NCBI GenBank assembly: GCA_017303795.1
Contig: JAFLBR010000011.1
Coordinates: 94,166 to 158,165, forward strand
Direction of reading: 5' to 3'
Length of the DNA: 64,000 nt
Source: Cytophagales bacterium
Lineage (GTDB): Bacteria > Bacteroidota > Bacteroidia > Cytophagales > Cyclobacteriaceae
The stretch's first letter is position 1; each line of letters starts with the position of its first letter. A program made the translations under genes and the position numbers. This document shows positions 10,651-20,979 of this stretch, in pieces. Below the pieces are notes generated by a model. The model searched no databases, had not been told where the DNA came from, and saw only the letters and a program-made list of their open reading frames with translations.

Positions 10651-11025
10651 ATGGAAACACCCCGAATAACCGGAACCCGCTATGTATTGGCTGTTAAAGA
10701 CCTGGCTAAGTCCGTTGAGTTTTATAAGAATAAACTGGGCTTTTCTACCCATTGGGAAGATGGCATTGGCTGGCACCAATTGTATCGCGATAACTTTGTG
10801 GTGATGTTGGGCGAGTGTGCCGATGACCGATCGGCCTTTGAAACCCATAATCACTCTTATTTTGCGTATGTAGATGTGCAGAATATTGATGACTTGTATG
10901 CGGAGTTTAGTCGCAAAGAAGTAGAAGTGTTTGGTAAACCCGAAGTCAAACCGTGGGGCCAGCGCGAATTTGCAATTCGTACGGTAGATGGCCATCGCAT
11001 TACATTTGGGCAACCCGTTCAATAA
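10651..11025 (+). CDS. VOC/glyoxalase/bleomycin-resistance family protein
   Basis: LAVKDLAKSVEFYKNKLGF; KPWGQREFAIRTVDGHRITF. Confidence 0.88.
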   Translation: METPRITGTRYVLAVKDLAKSVEFYKNKLGFSTHWEDGIGWHQLYRDNFVVMLGECADDRSAFETHNHSYFAYVDVQNIDDLYAEFSRKEVEVFGKPEVKPWGQREFAIRTVDGHRITFGQPVQ

Positions 11026-11103
11026 ATGTAACAACTCTTTTTATTTCTGCTAAAGAAAGGTTGTAAGCCTTTAAGTAAATACCTTTACAAAAATTTTTTA
11101 GCT

Positions 11104-12117
11104 GTGTTTACACCATCCCGAAATCTCGCTTTTGATATAGGCAACAACAATACGTTGTTGGCCGATCAGCATAATATTTTGCTTTCGCAACCTTCGGTGT
11201 TGGTGATTAACGAACTGAACCATAAAGTGGAGGCCATTGGTGAAAAGGCTTTTGAGATGCTGGAGAAAACACATGCTAATCTTAAATCGGTAAAGCCGCT
11301 AAAGGGTGGTGTAATTTCCGATGGCGAATCGGCCAAAAAGATGGTGAAGGAATTAGTTCATCGTATTGGCAAGCCTTCATTTTTAAGTGGTGGATTTAAC
11401 TATTTGCTTTCTGGCGTTCCGTTCGATACAACTCCGGTTGAACAACGGGCTTTACGCGATACGCTTGAACAATTTACCGCGAGGCATACACATTTAGTAT
11501 ATGAACCTTTGGCAGCCGCACTGGGTATGGGCTTAAATATTCAAGAACCCGAAGGCAAACTGGTGGTTGATATTGGTGGCGGCATAACCGAAGTGGTGGT
11601 TATCTCCCTTTCGGGGATTGCCGCGTTTCAATCGGTGCGCGTAGCTGGCGATGCTATGGATGAAGAAATTCAGGATTATTTCAGAAGAGTTTATAACCTC
11701 GCCATCGGTTTAAAAACGGCCGAACAGGTAAAGAAAAAAATCGGCTGTGTGTTTGAGTCGGTTGCTTCTGCCGATGAAACACTTTTGGTAAAAGGAAAAG
11801 ATTTAATTGAAGGTGTGCCGGTAAGCAAAGCCATTAGTCAGATAGAATTAAGCCGCGTGTTGGAACGGCCCTTTCGGCAAATAGAAGAATGCATTCAGCA
11901 ATCATTAGAAATCTGTCCGCCTGAGTTAGCTGGAGATATTTATAAAAGTGGCATCTACGTTACGGGTGGTAATGCGGTATTAAAAGGTTTGCCGGAGCGT
12001 TTGAGTAAAATTTTCAAATTGCCGGTACACATCGATCCGCAAGCATTGTATTCGGTTAGCCGCGGTGTCCGTACGGTTTTATCGTCACCTGCCAAGTACA
12101 AAGCAATTTTGATGTGA
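11104..12117 (+). CDS. Orphan MreB/Mbl-like actin ATPase
   Basis: GTG start; actin-fold motifs DIGNNNT, PLKGGVISD, EPLAAALG, VVDIGGGITEV, GIYVTGG; no mreC/mreD adjacent. Confidence 0.85.
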   Translation: MFTPSRNLAFDIGNNNTLLADQHNILLSQPSVLVINELNHKVEAIGEKAFEMLEKTHANLKSVKPLKGGVISDGESAKKMVKELVHRIGKPSFLSGGFNYLLSGVPFDTTPVEQRALRDTLEQFTARHTHLVYEPLAAALGMGLNIQEPEGKLVVDIGGGITEVVVISLSGIAAFQSVRVAGDAMDEEIQDYFRRVYNLAIGLKTAEQVKKKIGCVFESVASADETLLVKGKDLIEGVPVSKAISQIELSRVLERPFRQIEECIQQSLEICPPELAGDIYKSGIYVTGGNAVLKGLPERLSKIFKLPVHIDPQALYSVSRGVRTVLSSPAKYKAILM

Positions 12118-12129
12118 GTGCTTAAATGA

Positions 12130-12219
12130 TAACCACATAGAACGCATAGAATTTTTTATCAAACTATATTTTAATGTGTTTAAACTCCGATGAGTCTTGT
12201 TCTATACCCTATGTGGTTA
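12130..12219. repeat. REP-like inverted repeat between convergent genes
   Basis: TAACCACATAG (12130-12140) and CTATGTGGTTA (12209-12219) perfect 11-bp IR plus inner ATAGAA/TTCTAT. Confidence 0.65.
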
Positions 12220-12223
12220 AAGT

Positions 12224-13306
12224 CTAACGCTTAAACTCGAATTTCTTTTTAACCATTACTTCGCCATTAATTACTATCTCCAATACATGCGTGCCGGTGT
12301 GGAGTTTGCGAGTGGTAAAATCCTGAAAGCGTTGTTGTTTTTTTATCGCGATTGTTTCACCTGGTTTTAATACAAGTTCTTTCAGCTTAAATACTTTTGG
12401 CAACTGCACGCCCGATTTTTTACTGTAATGAATCCGGTAGTCAACCATCAGGCGTTGATCGGTTTTCTTTTGCGACATCAAATCAAACTGAAACACCAAC
12501 ACATCGTTAAGGCGCAGCAGGGATTTGTTAAGACTGAATTTTTTGATTGCTACTTGTACATCTTTAGTAAAATTAAAAACCGCCATCGATTTTTTGTCGC
12601 CTTGTTTTAACAACGATCGGCAACCGCGTTTTATAATCCACGCAGTATGCGGATGGCTTTGATCCCAGGTCTTAATTAAATTCAACACATGCGCGGGCGA
12701 ATCTTTTGTAATATCATTCAAATGATTGGCCACCGATTTACGCACGTATAAAGCGTCATCAGCACGCAATGTTTGCAGAATGGGCGTGGTGAGGGAAGGC
12801 TTCTCAATAATAGCATCTAACTTAAACGACCACGGTAAGCGGGGACGACTACCTTCTGATGCCAGACGCCTTACGTGTTCATTCTCATCGTTGGCCCATT
12901 TATACATTTCACTCATCGTTGCTTTTAAATCCTGTTTCAAAAAAGTACGAATGGCAAATTCAGACGAACCAAACTGTGTAAAGTATTTCAGCGCATCCAG
13001 CGAAAGCGAAAAATTAGGTTGCCCAAACTGTGCAACGAAATCTGGAAATACCAGGTTGGTGTAGCCGCCTTTCAATTGTGGGATTACCTCCTTCATAATG
13101 CCAATAGTGGAGACGTAATTTTCAGGAAGATGCTTTTGCAATACTTTGGAAGTATTACGCATGCGCTCGTTCAGTGATAGCGGCTCAAAATTTTCTGTTA
13201 CCTCTTTTACAAATGCCTCGGCTTTAAAAGACTTATGCACGGATCCAAATACCTGCGCCAGGTTCTTATAGTAGGCGCGGTTGAACATTTCTTTTAAAGG
13301 CTCCAT
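12224..13306 (-). CDS. DNA alkylation repair protein (AlkC/AlkD-like HEAT-repeat family)
   Basis: MEPLKEMFN start, SSEFAIRTFL, HVRRLASEGSRPRLPW, YVRKSVANHLNDITK; C-terminal Ig-like domain. Confidence 0.85.
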   Translation of the reverse strand: MEPLKEMFNRAYYKNLAQVFGSVHKSFKAEAFVKEVTENFEPLSLNERMRNTSKVLQKHLPENYVSTIGIMKEVIPQLKGGYTNLVFPDFVAQFGQPNFSLSLDALKYFTQFGSSEFAIRTFLKQDLKATMSEMYKWANDENEHVRRLASEGSRPRLPWSFKLDAIIEKPSLTTPILQTLRADDALYVRKSVANHLNDITKDSPAHVLNLIKTWDQSHPHTAWIIKRGCRSLLKQGDKKSMAVFNFTKDVQVAIKKFSLNKSLLRLNDVLVFQFDLMSQKKTDQRLMVDYRIHYSKKSGVQLPKVFKLKELVLKPGETIAIKKQQRFQDFTTRKLHTGTHVLEIVINGEVMVKKKFEFKR

Positions 13307-13323
13307 ATTTTTTTGATGTAAAG

Positions 13324-13331
13324 CAAAAGTA
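13324..13331 (-). promoter_or_regulatory. -7 promoter element (TACTTTTG)
   Basis: Exact TAnnTTTG 17 nt upstream of the alkylation-repair gene ATG. Confidence 0.55.
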
Positions 13332-13400
13332 CGTTAGTGACAAGAGTATGTCAGTAGGTAAAAAATGGGTTTATTCCACTTTTTTACTACTATGCAAGTT

Positions 13401-13588
13401 AGCCCTGAAGGGCTGAATACATAAAGACAGGGTGAAGCCCTGTCCCTTAAAGAGTGAATTGAGAGCCAGCCCCGAAGGGAGATAGTTGTGGTTTACTTAA
13501 TGTCGCCCTTTCAGGGCTAATTGAACTTTCTGGATTTCAAACACACAGGGCTTCACCCTGCGTTTGTTGATGTCACCCTTTCAGGGCT
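13401..13588. repeat. Nested REP/BIME-like composite palindrome
   Basis: AGCCCTGAAGGG (13401), CAGGGTGAAGCCCTGT (13428-13443) and AGCCCCGAAGGG (13468), mirrored by CCCTTTCAGGGCT (13506), ACAGGGCTTCACCCTG (13545-13560, exact reverse complement) and CCCTTTCAGGGCT (13576). Confidence 0.8.
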
Positions 13589-13681
13589 CAGTAATTATGA
13601 GTAGGAGCTAATTTTCTAAATAGATTATTAAGTCATTCAATTCTCCAAACTTTCATATCGAAAAAAGAAAACGTAGTTCTC

Positions 13682-15961
13682 CTACAATCTGTTATTCTGA
13701 TCGTGCAACTGAGCATCCACCACGGCAATAGCGGCCATGTTAATAATATCGCGGATTGAGCTACCCAATTGTAAAACATGAACCGGCTTTTTCATACCCA
13801 ACAAAATTGGTCCGATTGCTTCCGCACCACCTATTTCCATCAACAACTTGTAAGCAATGTTACCCGAAGCAAGGTTAGGAAAGATTAGCGTGTTGGCTCC
13901 ATCTTTTGCTAAAGAACTAAACGGAAAAATCTGTTGCTGTATGTCGGTATCAAAAGCTACGTTGGCTTGAATATCTCCATCTAAAATCAGCTCGGGGTAT
14001 TTTTGTTTTGCCAGACGAACGGCTTCGCGGGCTTTATCCGGAATCGGGCCTTTGCTCGATCCAAAGTTTGAGTAGGACAACATCGCCACACGCGGTTCAA
14101 TATCAAAAAACTTAACACCGCGTGCCGCCAGCCCAATTATCTCTACCAGATCATTGGCTGAAGGATCAACATTCACAGTACAATCCGCAAAGAAGAATGT
14201 GCCCTTCTTATTCATGATAATGTACATGCCCGCAACCCGATTTACACCTTCGGCCATGCCAATAATCTGCAACGATGGCAAAATGGTTTTAGGATAATCT
14301 TTTGTAAGGCCCGACACCAAGGCATCAGCTTCGCCAAATTCTACCATCATAGCACCAAAAGCATTGCGATCGCGCATTACACGCTCAGCATCTTTATACG
14401 CAATACCTTTGCGTTGTCGTTTCTGATGATATGCTTTAGCGAATTTTTCGGTGCGTTCTTTTTCCTCGCGTGGGTCAATTATTTTGCACTCACTTAAATC
14501 AAGGCCGTGTTCTTGAATCAACTGTTCTATGTCGGTGCGACTACCTAACAAAATTGGGTAAGCAATTTTTTCATCTTGCAATACCTGCGCGGCTTTCAAA
14601 ATTTTAGGATGATCGGCTTCGGCAAATACAATGTGTTTTGGATTTTGTTTGGCGCGTTCTGTTATGCGTGAAGTAAGCTTTTGATCGATGCCTACACGCT
14701 TTAACAAATCCTGATGATATTGTCCCCAATCCGTAATCGGGTGGCGGGCTATACCTGAATCAATCGCAGCTTTAGCTACTGCAGGCGAAACCGTTGTAAT
14801 TAATCTTGGATCAAGTGGTTTTGGAATCAGGTATTCGCGACCAAACTGAATGCGATCAATACCGTATGCCTGAAACACAATATCCGGAACGGGCTCTTTG
14901 GCAAGATCGGCCAACGCATGTACGGCAGCTAGTTTCATGGCTTCGTTTATTTCTGTTGCGCGTACATCCAATGCACCTCTAAAGATATAGGGGAAGCCTA
15001 ACACGTTGTTTACTTGATTAGGATGATCGCTGCGCCCGGTACCCATGATTAAATCGGTGCGGGTTTTCTTAGCAAGGTTATAATCAATCTCTGGGTTTGG
15101 GTTTGCAAGTGCGAACACAATCGGATCTTTTGCCATGTTAAGTACATCTTCGGGAGTAATGGCATCGGCAACAGAAAGACCAACAAATACATCACATCCT
15201 TTCATCGCTTCCTGAAGCGTGTTCAGTTTGCGGGTGGTAATAAACTCAACTTTGGTAGCATCCAGATTAGTGCGCGCTGCATTGATTACACCTTTGCTAT
15301 CGCACATAATCAGGTTTTCTTTTTTTAAACCCAATGCGATATATAGACGTGAACAGGAAACCGCTGCGGCTCCGGCACCATTTACGACCAATACAACTTC
15401 GTCAATTTTTTTTCCTACAATCTCTAAGGCATTAAGTAGCGCTGCGCTGGAGATAATAGCCGTGCCATGCTGGTCGTCATGCATGATGGGAATGTTCATC
15501 TTTTCACGCAACACGGTTTCAATCTTAAAGCATTCCGGTGCTTTGATGTCTTCCAGATTTACACCACCGAATGTAGGCTCTAGTGCTTTTACAATTTTTA
15601 TAAACTCGTCCGGGTCTTCCTGATCAATTTCAATATCAAAACTGTCGATGCCCGCATATTTTTTAAACAACACCGCTTTACCTTCCATTACAGGTTTCGA
15701 AGCTTCAGGGCCAATGTTACCTAAACCCAACACCGCGGTGCCATTGGAAATTACCGCTACCAGATTCCCCTTTGAAGTGTATTTATAAACATCATCTTTA
15801 TTGGCGGCAATTTCTTTACAGGGTTCGGCTACACCGGGCGAGTAGGCAAGAGCGAGATCAAGTTGTGTGCTTAACATTTTGGTAGGCACTACTTCAATTT
15901 TGCCAGGCTGGCCCTGGGTATGATAATTCAGTGCGTCTTGTTTGCGGATTTTAATCGACAT
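13682..15961 (-). CDS. maeB: NADP-dependent malic enzyme with C-terminal PTA-like domain
   Basis: [54 protein letters not shown]; C-terminal phosphotransacetylase fold. Confidence 0.96.
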   Translation of the reverse strand: MSIKIRKQDALNYHTQGQPGKIEVVPTKMLSTQLDLALAYSPGVAEPCKEIAANKDDVYKYTSKGNLVAVISNGTAVLGLGNIGPEASKPVMEGKAVLFKKYAGIDSFDIEIDQEDPDEFIKIVKALEPTFGGVNLEDIKAPECFKIETVLREKMNIPIMHDDQHGTAIISSAALLNALEIVGKKIDEVVLVVNGAGAAAVSCSRLYIALGLKKENLIMCDSKGVINAARTNLDATKVEFITTRKLNTLQEAMKGCDVFVGLSVADAITPEDVLNMAKDPIVFALANPNPEIDYNLAKKTRTDLIMGTGRSDHPNQVNNVLGFPYIFRGALDVRATEINEAMKLAAVHALADLAKEPVPDIVFQAYGIDRIQFGREYLIPKPLDPRLITTVSPAVAKAAIDSGIARHPITDWGQYHQDLLKRVGIDQKLTSRITERAKQNPKHIVFAEADHPKILKAAQVLQDEKIAYPILLGSRTDIEQLIQEHGLDLSECKIIDPREEKERTEKFAKAYHQKRQRKGIAYKDAERVMRDRNAFGAMMVEFGEADALVSGLTKDYPKTILPSLQIIGMAEGVNRVAGMYIIMNKKGTFFFADCTVNVDPSANDLVEIIGLAARGVKFFDIEPRVAMLSYSNFGSSKGPIPDKAREAVRLAKQKYPELILDGDIQANVAFDTDIQQQIFPFSSLAKDGANTLIFPNLASGNIAYKLLMEIGGAEAIGPILLGMKKPVHVLQLGSSIRDIINMAAIAVVDAQLHDQNNRL

Positions 15962-16122
15962 ACAATTGGGTTATTAATTAAAACTAAAGGAAGCAATTTA
16001 CAATTAACCCCTCAGGATGAGGAATTTGGAGGTAGAATTTATTTCATAATTTAAAATGAATCGTATCTTTTTGAAGAAATCACTTACTAAGTCCACACAG
16101 TACTAGTTGATTTCAAATTTGT

Positions 16123-16130
16123 TATCTTTG
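16123..16130 (+). promoter_or_regulatory. -7 promoter element (TATCTTTG) for TA module 2
   Basis: Exact TAnnTTTG 24 nt upstream of antitoxin ATG. Confidence 0.55.
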
Positions 16131-16154
16131 ATTACCTAATAGCAAGAGTAGAAT

Positions 16155-16358
16155 ATGGAAGCAATTACTATACATCCGAAAAGTGTAAAACAATTAAAGA
16201 CTGTAAAGGCTGTACTGCGTGCATTAAGTATTCCTTTTGAGCCACAATCGGCTTCTTTACCAGAGCATGTTTCAAAGAGCATTCGAACCGGGTTAAAACA
16301 ACTTGAGGAGGGGCAATCAATCACACTGGAGGAATTTAAAAACAAGCACTTCAAATAA
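16155..16358 (+). CDS. Antitoxin of TA module 2 (DUF2683-like)
   Basis: 67 aa; MEAITIHPK...VKAVLRALSIPFE...GLKQLEEGQSI; directly upstream of RelE/ParE gene. Confidence 0.75.
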   Translation: MEAITIHPKSVKQLKTVKAVLRALSIPFEPQSASLPEHVSKSIRTGLKQLEEGQSITLEEFKNKHFK

Positions 16359-16359
16359 G

Positions 16360-16650
16360 GTGAATTACAGTATCCGATTTACTCCAGAAGCGGAAGAAAC
16401 ATATGAAGCAATCGTAAGCCAACTAAGACAACGATGGGGATCAGGTTTTGTGAAAAAATTTGAGATTCGGCTTACAAAATCTTTGCAAACCATAACAACA
16501 ACACCCTATCTGTATCCGATTGTTAATGAAGTAACACAAGTAAGGCGATGCTTGCTACATAAAAATTGCTCTTTATTCTATAAGATAATCGAGGATAAAA
16601 TTTTTGTTATCAGCTTTTGGGATAATCGGCAAGACCAACTTTTTAATTAA
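16360..16650 (+). CDS. RelE/ParE family toxin (TA module 2)
   Basis: GTG at 16360, one nt after antitoxin stop; YSIRFTPEA...PYLYP...VRRCLLHKNCSLFYKI...VISFWDNRQ. Confidence 0.82.
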   Translation: MNYSIRFTPEAEETYEAIVSQLRQRWGSGFVKKFEIRLTKSLQTITTTPYLYPIVNEVTQVRRCLLHKNCSLFYKIIEDKIFVISFWDNRQDQLFN

Positions 16651-16659
16651 GGTTGGATT

Positions 16660-17745
16660 TTACTGTTGAGGAGGTATTATCTCAGCACTCGTTTTAAAAG
16701 TATAAAGAATAGTTTCCAGCTCACGCATGATTTCGCGCTGGTCTTTGCCCGGAGAAAATGTAAAACCTTCTATATAATAGAGCATACCCGCGGCTTCATC
16801 AACAAATGCAAATCCAATAAATGGCCCGCCCATAGTGAGATTATTGGTTCTCCAAAGCCCCTTCATTTCAACTGCAAATTTTTTATTGAATGAAATTTCG
16901 CGAATGAGAACCGGCTTATAAGGAACCGAAGTTTCAGTGAGTAAATGCGTTTCGGGCCTTTCGGGATCTTCAAAAAGATATTGTTTACATACGGCATCGC
17001 GAAAAGCAATCAGGCTATCTTTCTGAAACTGTGCTTGCGAGGTATATTTTTTCCGGGCGATAAAAACATCTTTATCATCGGCTGGGTTAATCTGGCGTAC
17101 CCAGAAAAAATCCGACTCCTGTTGTACTAATTGATAACCGAAAGGAATTTTCATTTCGCAATTGAATTCTTTTCTCAACATAGGTGCCATTCCTTTAAGC
17201 TGTCCTGATTTGTAAAGTGATGCCGTTAATCGTTCACGCTCGCGTATATTAAAATATTCTACCAGTTTAGCTTTGTTTGAATTTATATGATCGATGAGTT
17301 CAGTTTCAGTTTGAGCAAACAGAAAAAGTACTTCCTGATTTTTGGCAAACACATCGCGCGCATTCTGACTGAATAAGTTTGGATCAGCTTTAATTTTTTC
17401 GAGCGATTCGGGCGTAAGGGTAGATCGGATTTGCCGTGCGCCTGCTGTTTTTTGATCGAACGTAACGGCATAAATCAGATTTCTGCGTTGCTTTAATACA
17501 AAGTTGAGTTTACGTGGATCGATCCAGCGCATGTGAAAAATTTTCTCTGAACGGGGGAGGCCCTCCATTTCCGCACTAAAGATTGAATCAAGCGTTTTAC
17601 CAAGCGGACCTTTCCATTGTACCGAGTCCATGATCAGAAAAATATCGCCAGTTCGGCCAGAGGCTGGCGGCAGGTTTTCGCTGCCGGGTTCGGTGCACGA
17701 AATAACGGCTATGATGAACAATGCGGGAATAAGAATATATTTCAT
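16660..17745 (-). CDS. DUF4837 family lipoprotein
   Basis: Lipobox VISC after MKYILIP signal; GLWR...MGGPF..., EGFTFSPG; conserved position after mltD. Confidence 0.8.
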   Translation of the reverse strand: MKYILIPALFIIAVISCTEPGSENLPPASGRTGDIFLIMDSVQWKGPLGKTLDSIFSAEMEGLPRSEKIFHMRWIDPRKLNFVLKQRRNLIYAVTFDQKTAGARQIRSTLTPESLEKIKADPNLFSQNARDVFAKNQEVLFLFAQTETELIDHINSNKAKLVEYFNIRERERLTASLYKSGQLKGMAPMLRKEFNCEMKIPFGYQLVQQESDFFWVRQINPADDKDVFIARKKYTSQAQFQKDSLIAFRDAVCKQYLFEDPERPETHLLTETSVPYKPVLIREISFNKKFAVEMKGLWRTNNLTMGGPFIGFAFVDEAAGMLYYIEGFTFSPGKDQREIMRELETILYTFKTSAEIIPPQQ

Positions 17746-17802
17746 GGGAAATGTCTGCATGTGTAATTCAATCAGGCTTAAATCGTCACAACAAATAACC
17801 GG

Positions 17803-19206
17803 TTAGCCAACAATAAGTTTTTGGCCGGGTTGCAGGCTATTGCTTTTCAGGTTGTTCAGACTTTTAATTTTTTCAACGGTAAGGCCAGGTACTTTACGCG
17901 AAATATCCCACAGGGTATCACCTGGTTGCACAATGTAGGTTTTGGTATCGGGCGAGAGCAGTACCGGCTCGGTATTTTTTGCCTGTACTACTTTTTGTGC
18001 AGGGGCATAGATGTTTAATTTCTGACCTGCGTAAATTTTATTTGAGGATAAATTATTCCATTCTTTCAAATCGTTCACACTTACTTTAAAGCGGAGCGCA
18101 ATGCCACCTAATACATCGCCCGATGCCACTTTGTACACCGTGGGAACACCATTAGCTGGAGTGGAGGCATACATCATCACTGCCGATTCTTTTTTACCCA
18201 TGCGCATGGCCGAGTCCAGAATGGCTACCCGGTTTGAATCCAGATTTGCTTTTGCAAACAGTGGAATTTTTACAGCGTATGTTTTTCCGTTTCCGGGAAT
18301 GATGTTGTGCCGGATGGAAGGATTTAATTTTTGTAAATCTTCCAAACAGGTGCCTGTAAGTTTAGCTAACGTACCTAAGTGGAGGTGATGATTTACGGTT
18401 AATGTATCGTAAGGAGGAAATTCTTCGCGAACTGTTTCCAGCATGTTATGATGTTCAGCATAACTCATAGCATAAATAATGGCGATGAACTGGGGCACAT
18501 ACGCACGGGTTTCGCGTGGCAGGTGTGGGTAAACTTCCCAGAAGGATTTTTTATAACCTGATTTTCTAACGGCTTTGCGCACAGTACCAGGGCCAGAGTT
18601 ATACGCAGCAAGGGCAAGTTCCCAATCGCCAAAAATGGTATGGAGTTGTTTGAGATAGCGGCAAGCAGCTTCGGTAGATTTTTCAGGATCCATTCTGTCA
18701 TCGATATACCAATCGGTTTGTAAACCGAAGTAGCGGCCAGTGCCTGGCATAAATTGCCAGAGGCCAACAGCACGCGCACGCGAAATAGCACGTGGGTTAA
18801 GCCCCGATTCAATAATAGATAAATACTTTAATTCATCGGGTAGATTATATTTTTCGAGATACTTTTCGAACAACGGAAAATACAAATCTTTTTTACGTTG
18901 CATGGCCCGCGTATAATCGCGGTTCCGCACTGTGAAATAATCAATAAAGCCGTGTACGGTGGTATTATAGGTAAGTGGAATGTATTGTTGAATGCAAAGA
19001 AGTCGGTCGCTTAACAATTCTGGAGTATCATCTCCCGGAATAAATTCTAACTCGGCAGGAAATACCGGCATCATTTCTACCGTATCTACTTCATCGATAA
19101 TATTCAGTGTATCCGCTAAGGGTAAAGCCAACGTATCGGGCAGGGGATTTTGCGCCCATGAGGGGAAGGCAACAATACTCAATACTAAAACAACAAATAC
19201 CTTCAT
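17803..19206 (-). CDS. mltD: Membrane-bound lytic murein transglycosylase D-like (SLT + 2 LysM)
   Basis: IIESGLNP catalytic Glu, AVGLWQFM, ALAAYNSG, LPRETRAYVP, two C-terminal LysM repeats. Confidence 0.9.
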   Translation of the reverse strand: MKVFVVLVLSIVAFPSWAQNPLPDTLALPLADTLNIIDEVDTVEMMPVFPAELEFIPGDDTPELLSDRLLCIQQYIPLTYNTTVHGFIDYFTVRNRDYTRAMQRKKDLYFPLFEKYLEKYNLPDELKYLSIIESGLNPRAISRARAVGLWQFMPGTGRYFGLQTDWYIDDRMDPEKSTEAACRYLKQLHTIFGDWELALAAYNSGPGTVRKAVRKSGYKKSFWEVYPHLPRETRAYVPQFIAIIYAMSYAEHHNMLETVREEFPPYDTLTVNHHLHLGTLAKLTGTCLEDLQKLNPSIRHNIIPGNGKTYAVKIPLFAKANLDSNRVAILDSAMRMGKKESAVMMYASTPANGVPTVYKVASGDVLGGIALRFKVSVNDLKEWNNLSSNKIYAGQKLNIYAPAQKVVQAKNTEPVLLSPDTKTYIVQPGDTLWDISRKVPGLTVEKIKSLNNLKSNSLQPGQKLIVG

Positions 19207-19232
19207 CTATTAAGGTTAATTAACCGCTATAA

Positions 19233-20657
19233 TTACGCTAAGTTCTGAATTACATTCGAGAACTGAAAGAGGCCAGCTTCATCAAAGTCGTTTGCCGTAA
19301 TCTGTAATCCAATAGGCAAACCCTGCTTATCTTTTCCGCACGGCACAGAGATAGCCGGAACACCCGCCACATTAGCATGAACGGAAAACAAATCTGCCAA
19401 ATACATTTCTACCGGATTATTTGTATGCTCACCAATTTTAAATGCGGTAGTAGGTGTGGTTGGCGATAAAATGAAATTGTATTCGGTTAAGATTTTTTTG
19501 GTCTGTTCCCGAATTAAGCGCCTTACTTTTTGTGCTTTGGTATAATACGCATCGTAATAGCTTGCGCTGAGCACAAAAGTGCCTAACAAAATTCTACGCT
19601 GTACTTCTTTACCAAAACCTTCGGCCCTTGTTTTTTTATACATCGACTGAAGGTCGGTAGTGTTAGGACTGCGTTGACCGTAACGCACACCGTCATAGCG
19701 CGATAGATTAGAACTTGCTTCGGCTGTAGCCAAAATATAATAGGTAGGCAAAACGTATTCGCTTAATGCGAAATCAATTCCTTCCACGGTATGCCCGGCC
19801 GATTTTAACTGATCTATTTTTAATTGAAGGGCAGCTTTTATTTCGGGTTGAACAGCTTCTGAATGCAAGGCATCCTTTAGGTAGGCAATCTTAAATTTTT
19901 TTGATGTTTGTTGTAACGAATCTTCAAAGTGTGGAACCGCTTGTCGCGAAACAGTGCTATCAAATTCATCGGGCCCTGAAATTACTTCCAGCACCGTGGC
20001 CATCGTTTTCAACGATTTGGAAAAGATTCCGATACAATCGAAAGACGAACCATAAGCTACCAAACCATGTCGCGAAATGCGCGAGTAAGTTGGTTTTAGT
20101 CCATAAAGACCACAAAAGGCCGCGGGTTGCCTAACCGAACCACCCGTGTCAGAACCAAGAGATACATCGCACATCTCGGCCATTACCGCTACTGCCGAGC
20201 CGCCTGATGAACCACCCGGTACACGGGTATTATCAATGTCGTTTAGTACAGCACCAAATGCAGAGTTTTCATTGGAAGAACCCATTGCAAACTCATCGCA
20301 GTTTTGCCTACCGATAATGATGGCATCATCGTTGAGCAAACGTTGAACAGCCGTAGCGGTGAACTTTGAAATAAAGCCATTCAGAATTTTACTGCTGGCC
20401 TGCAGCGGATGATTTTCGTAGGCTAATACATCTTTAATGCCTACCACAAGGCCAGCCAACTTGCCTGCCGTGCCTTGTTTGATTTTTTCATCAATCAAAC
20501 GGGCGCGGTCAAGTGCTTCGTTGGTAAACACACTCAAAAAAGCATTGAGGTGTTTTTTACTTTCAATGTTTTGTAAAAAACGGTTAACCCGATCCGTGCA
20601 GGATTGGCCGTTACTAAAATGAGGGTGTGAAGGTGTTACGTTAGCAGAGGTACTCAA
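19233..20657 (-). CDS. gatA: Asp-tRNA(Asn)/Glu-tRNA(Gln) amidotransferase subunit A
   Basis: Amidase signature GIKD, DEFAMGSS, PGGSSGGSA, GSDTGGSVRQPA, YDGVRYG; TTG start. Confidence 0.95.
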   Translation of the reverse strand: MSTSANVTPSHPHFSNGQSCTDRVNRFLQNIESKKHLNAFLSVFTNEALDRARLIDEKIKQGTAGKLAGLVVGIKDVLAYENHPLQASSKILNGFISKFTATAVQRLLNDDAIIIGRQNCDEFAMGSSNENSAFGAVLNDIDNTRVPGGSSGGSAVAVMAEMCDVSLGSDTGGSVRQPAAFCGLYGLKPTYSRISRHGLVAYGSSFDCIGIFSKSLKTMATVLEVISGPDEFDSTVSRQAVPHFEDSLQQTSKKFKIAYLKDALHSEAVQPEIKAALQLKIDQLKSAGHTVEGIDFALSEYVLPTYYILATAEASSNLSRYDGVRYGQRSPNTTDLQSMYKKTRAEGFGKEVQRRILLGTFVLSASYYDAYYTKAQKVRRLIREQTKKILTEYNFILSPTTPTTAFKIGEHTNNPVEMYLADLFSVHANVAGVPAISVPCGKDKQGLPIGLQITANDFDEAGLFQFSNVIQNLA

Positions 20658-20660
20658 TGC

Positions 20661-20870
20661 TTACTTCTCTTCAATCTTCGGTATTTCTTTACCGGCATCA
20701 TCTACCTCTTTCTTTACGTCCTTAACGGCATCTTTGAATTCGCGGAAGCCTTTACCAAGACCTTTTGCAAACTCAGGAATTTTTTTTGCACCAAAGAAAA
20801 TCAGCACGAATAAACCGATTACCACCCACTCGCCCATACCGGGCATCCCGATCAAAAGAATTGCGCTCAT
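20661..20870 (-). CDS. tatA: Twin-arginine translocase TatA/TatE subunit
   Basis: TM helix + FFGAKKIPEFAKGLGKGFREFK. Confidence 0.93.
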   Translation of the reverse strand: MSAILLIGMPGMGEWVVIGLFVLIFFGAKKIPEFAKGLGKGFREFKDAVKDVKKEVDDAGKEIPKIEEK

Positions 20871-20979
20871 AGTGAAATATTAAGAGTGTAAAGATAGATA
20901 AATATGAATAAATGAATAGCTGTGGGGACTTTTGTTATGCCATAATACGATCGAAAAACCCTGATTTTAGCCGTTTAAA

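Noticed and set aside
19233-20657. gatA without adjacent gatB/gatC
   Set aside because: Dispersed gat genes are ordinary in Bacteroidota.
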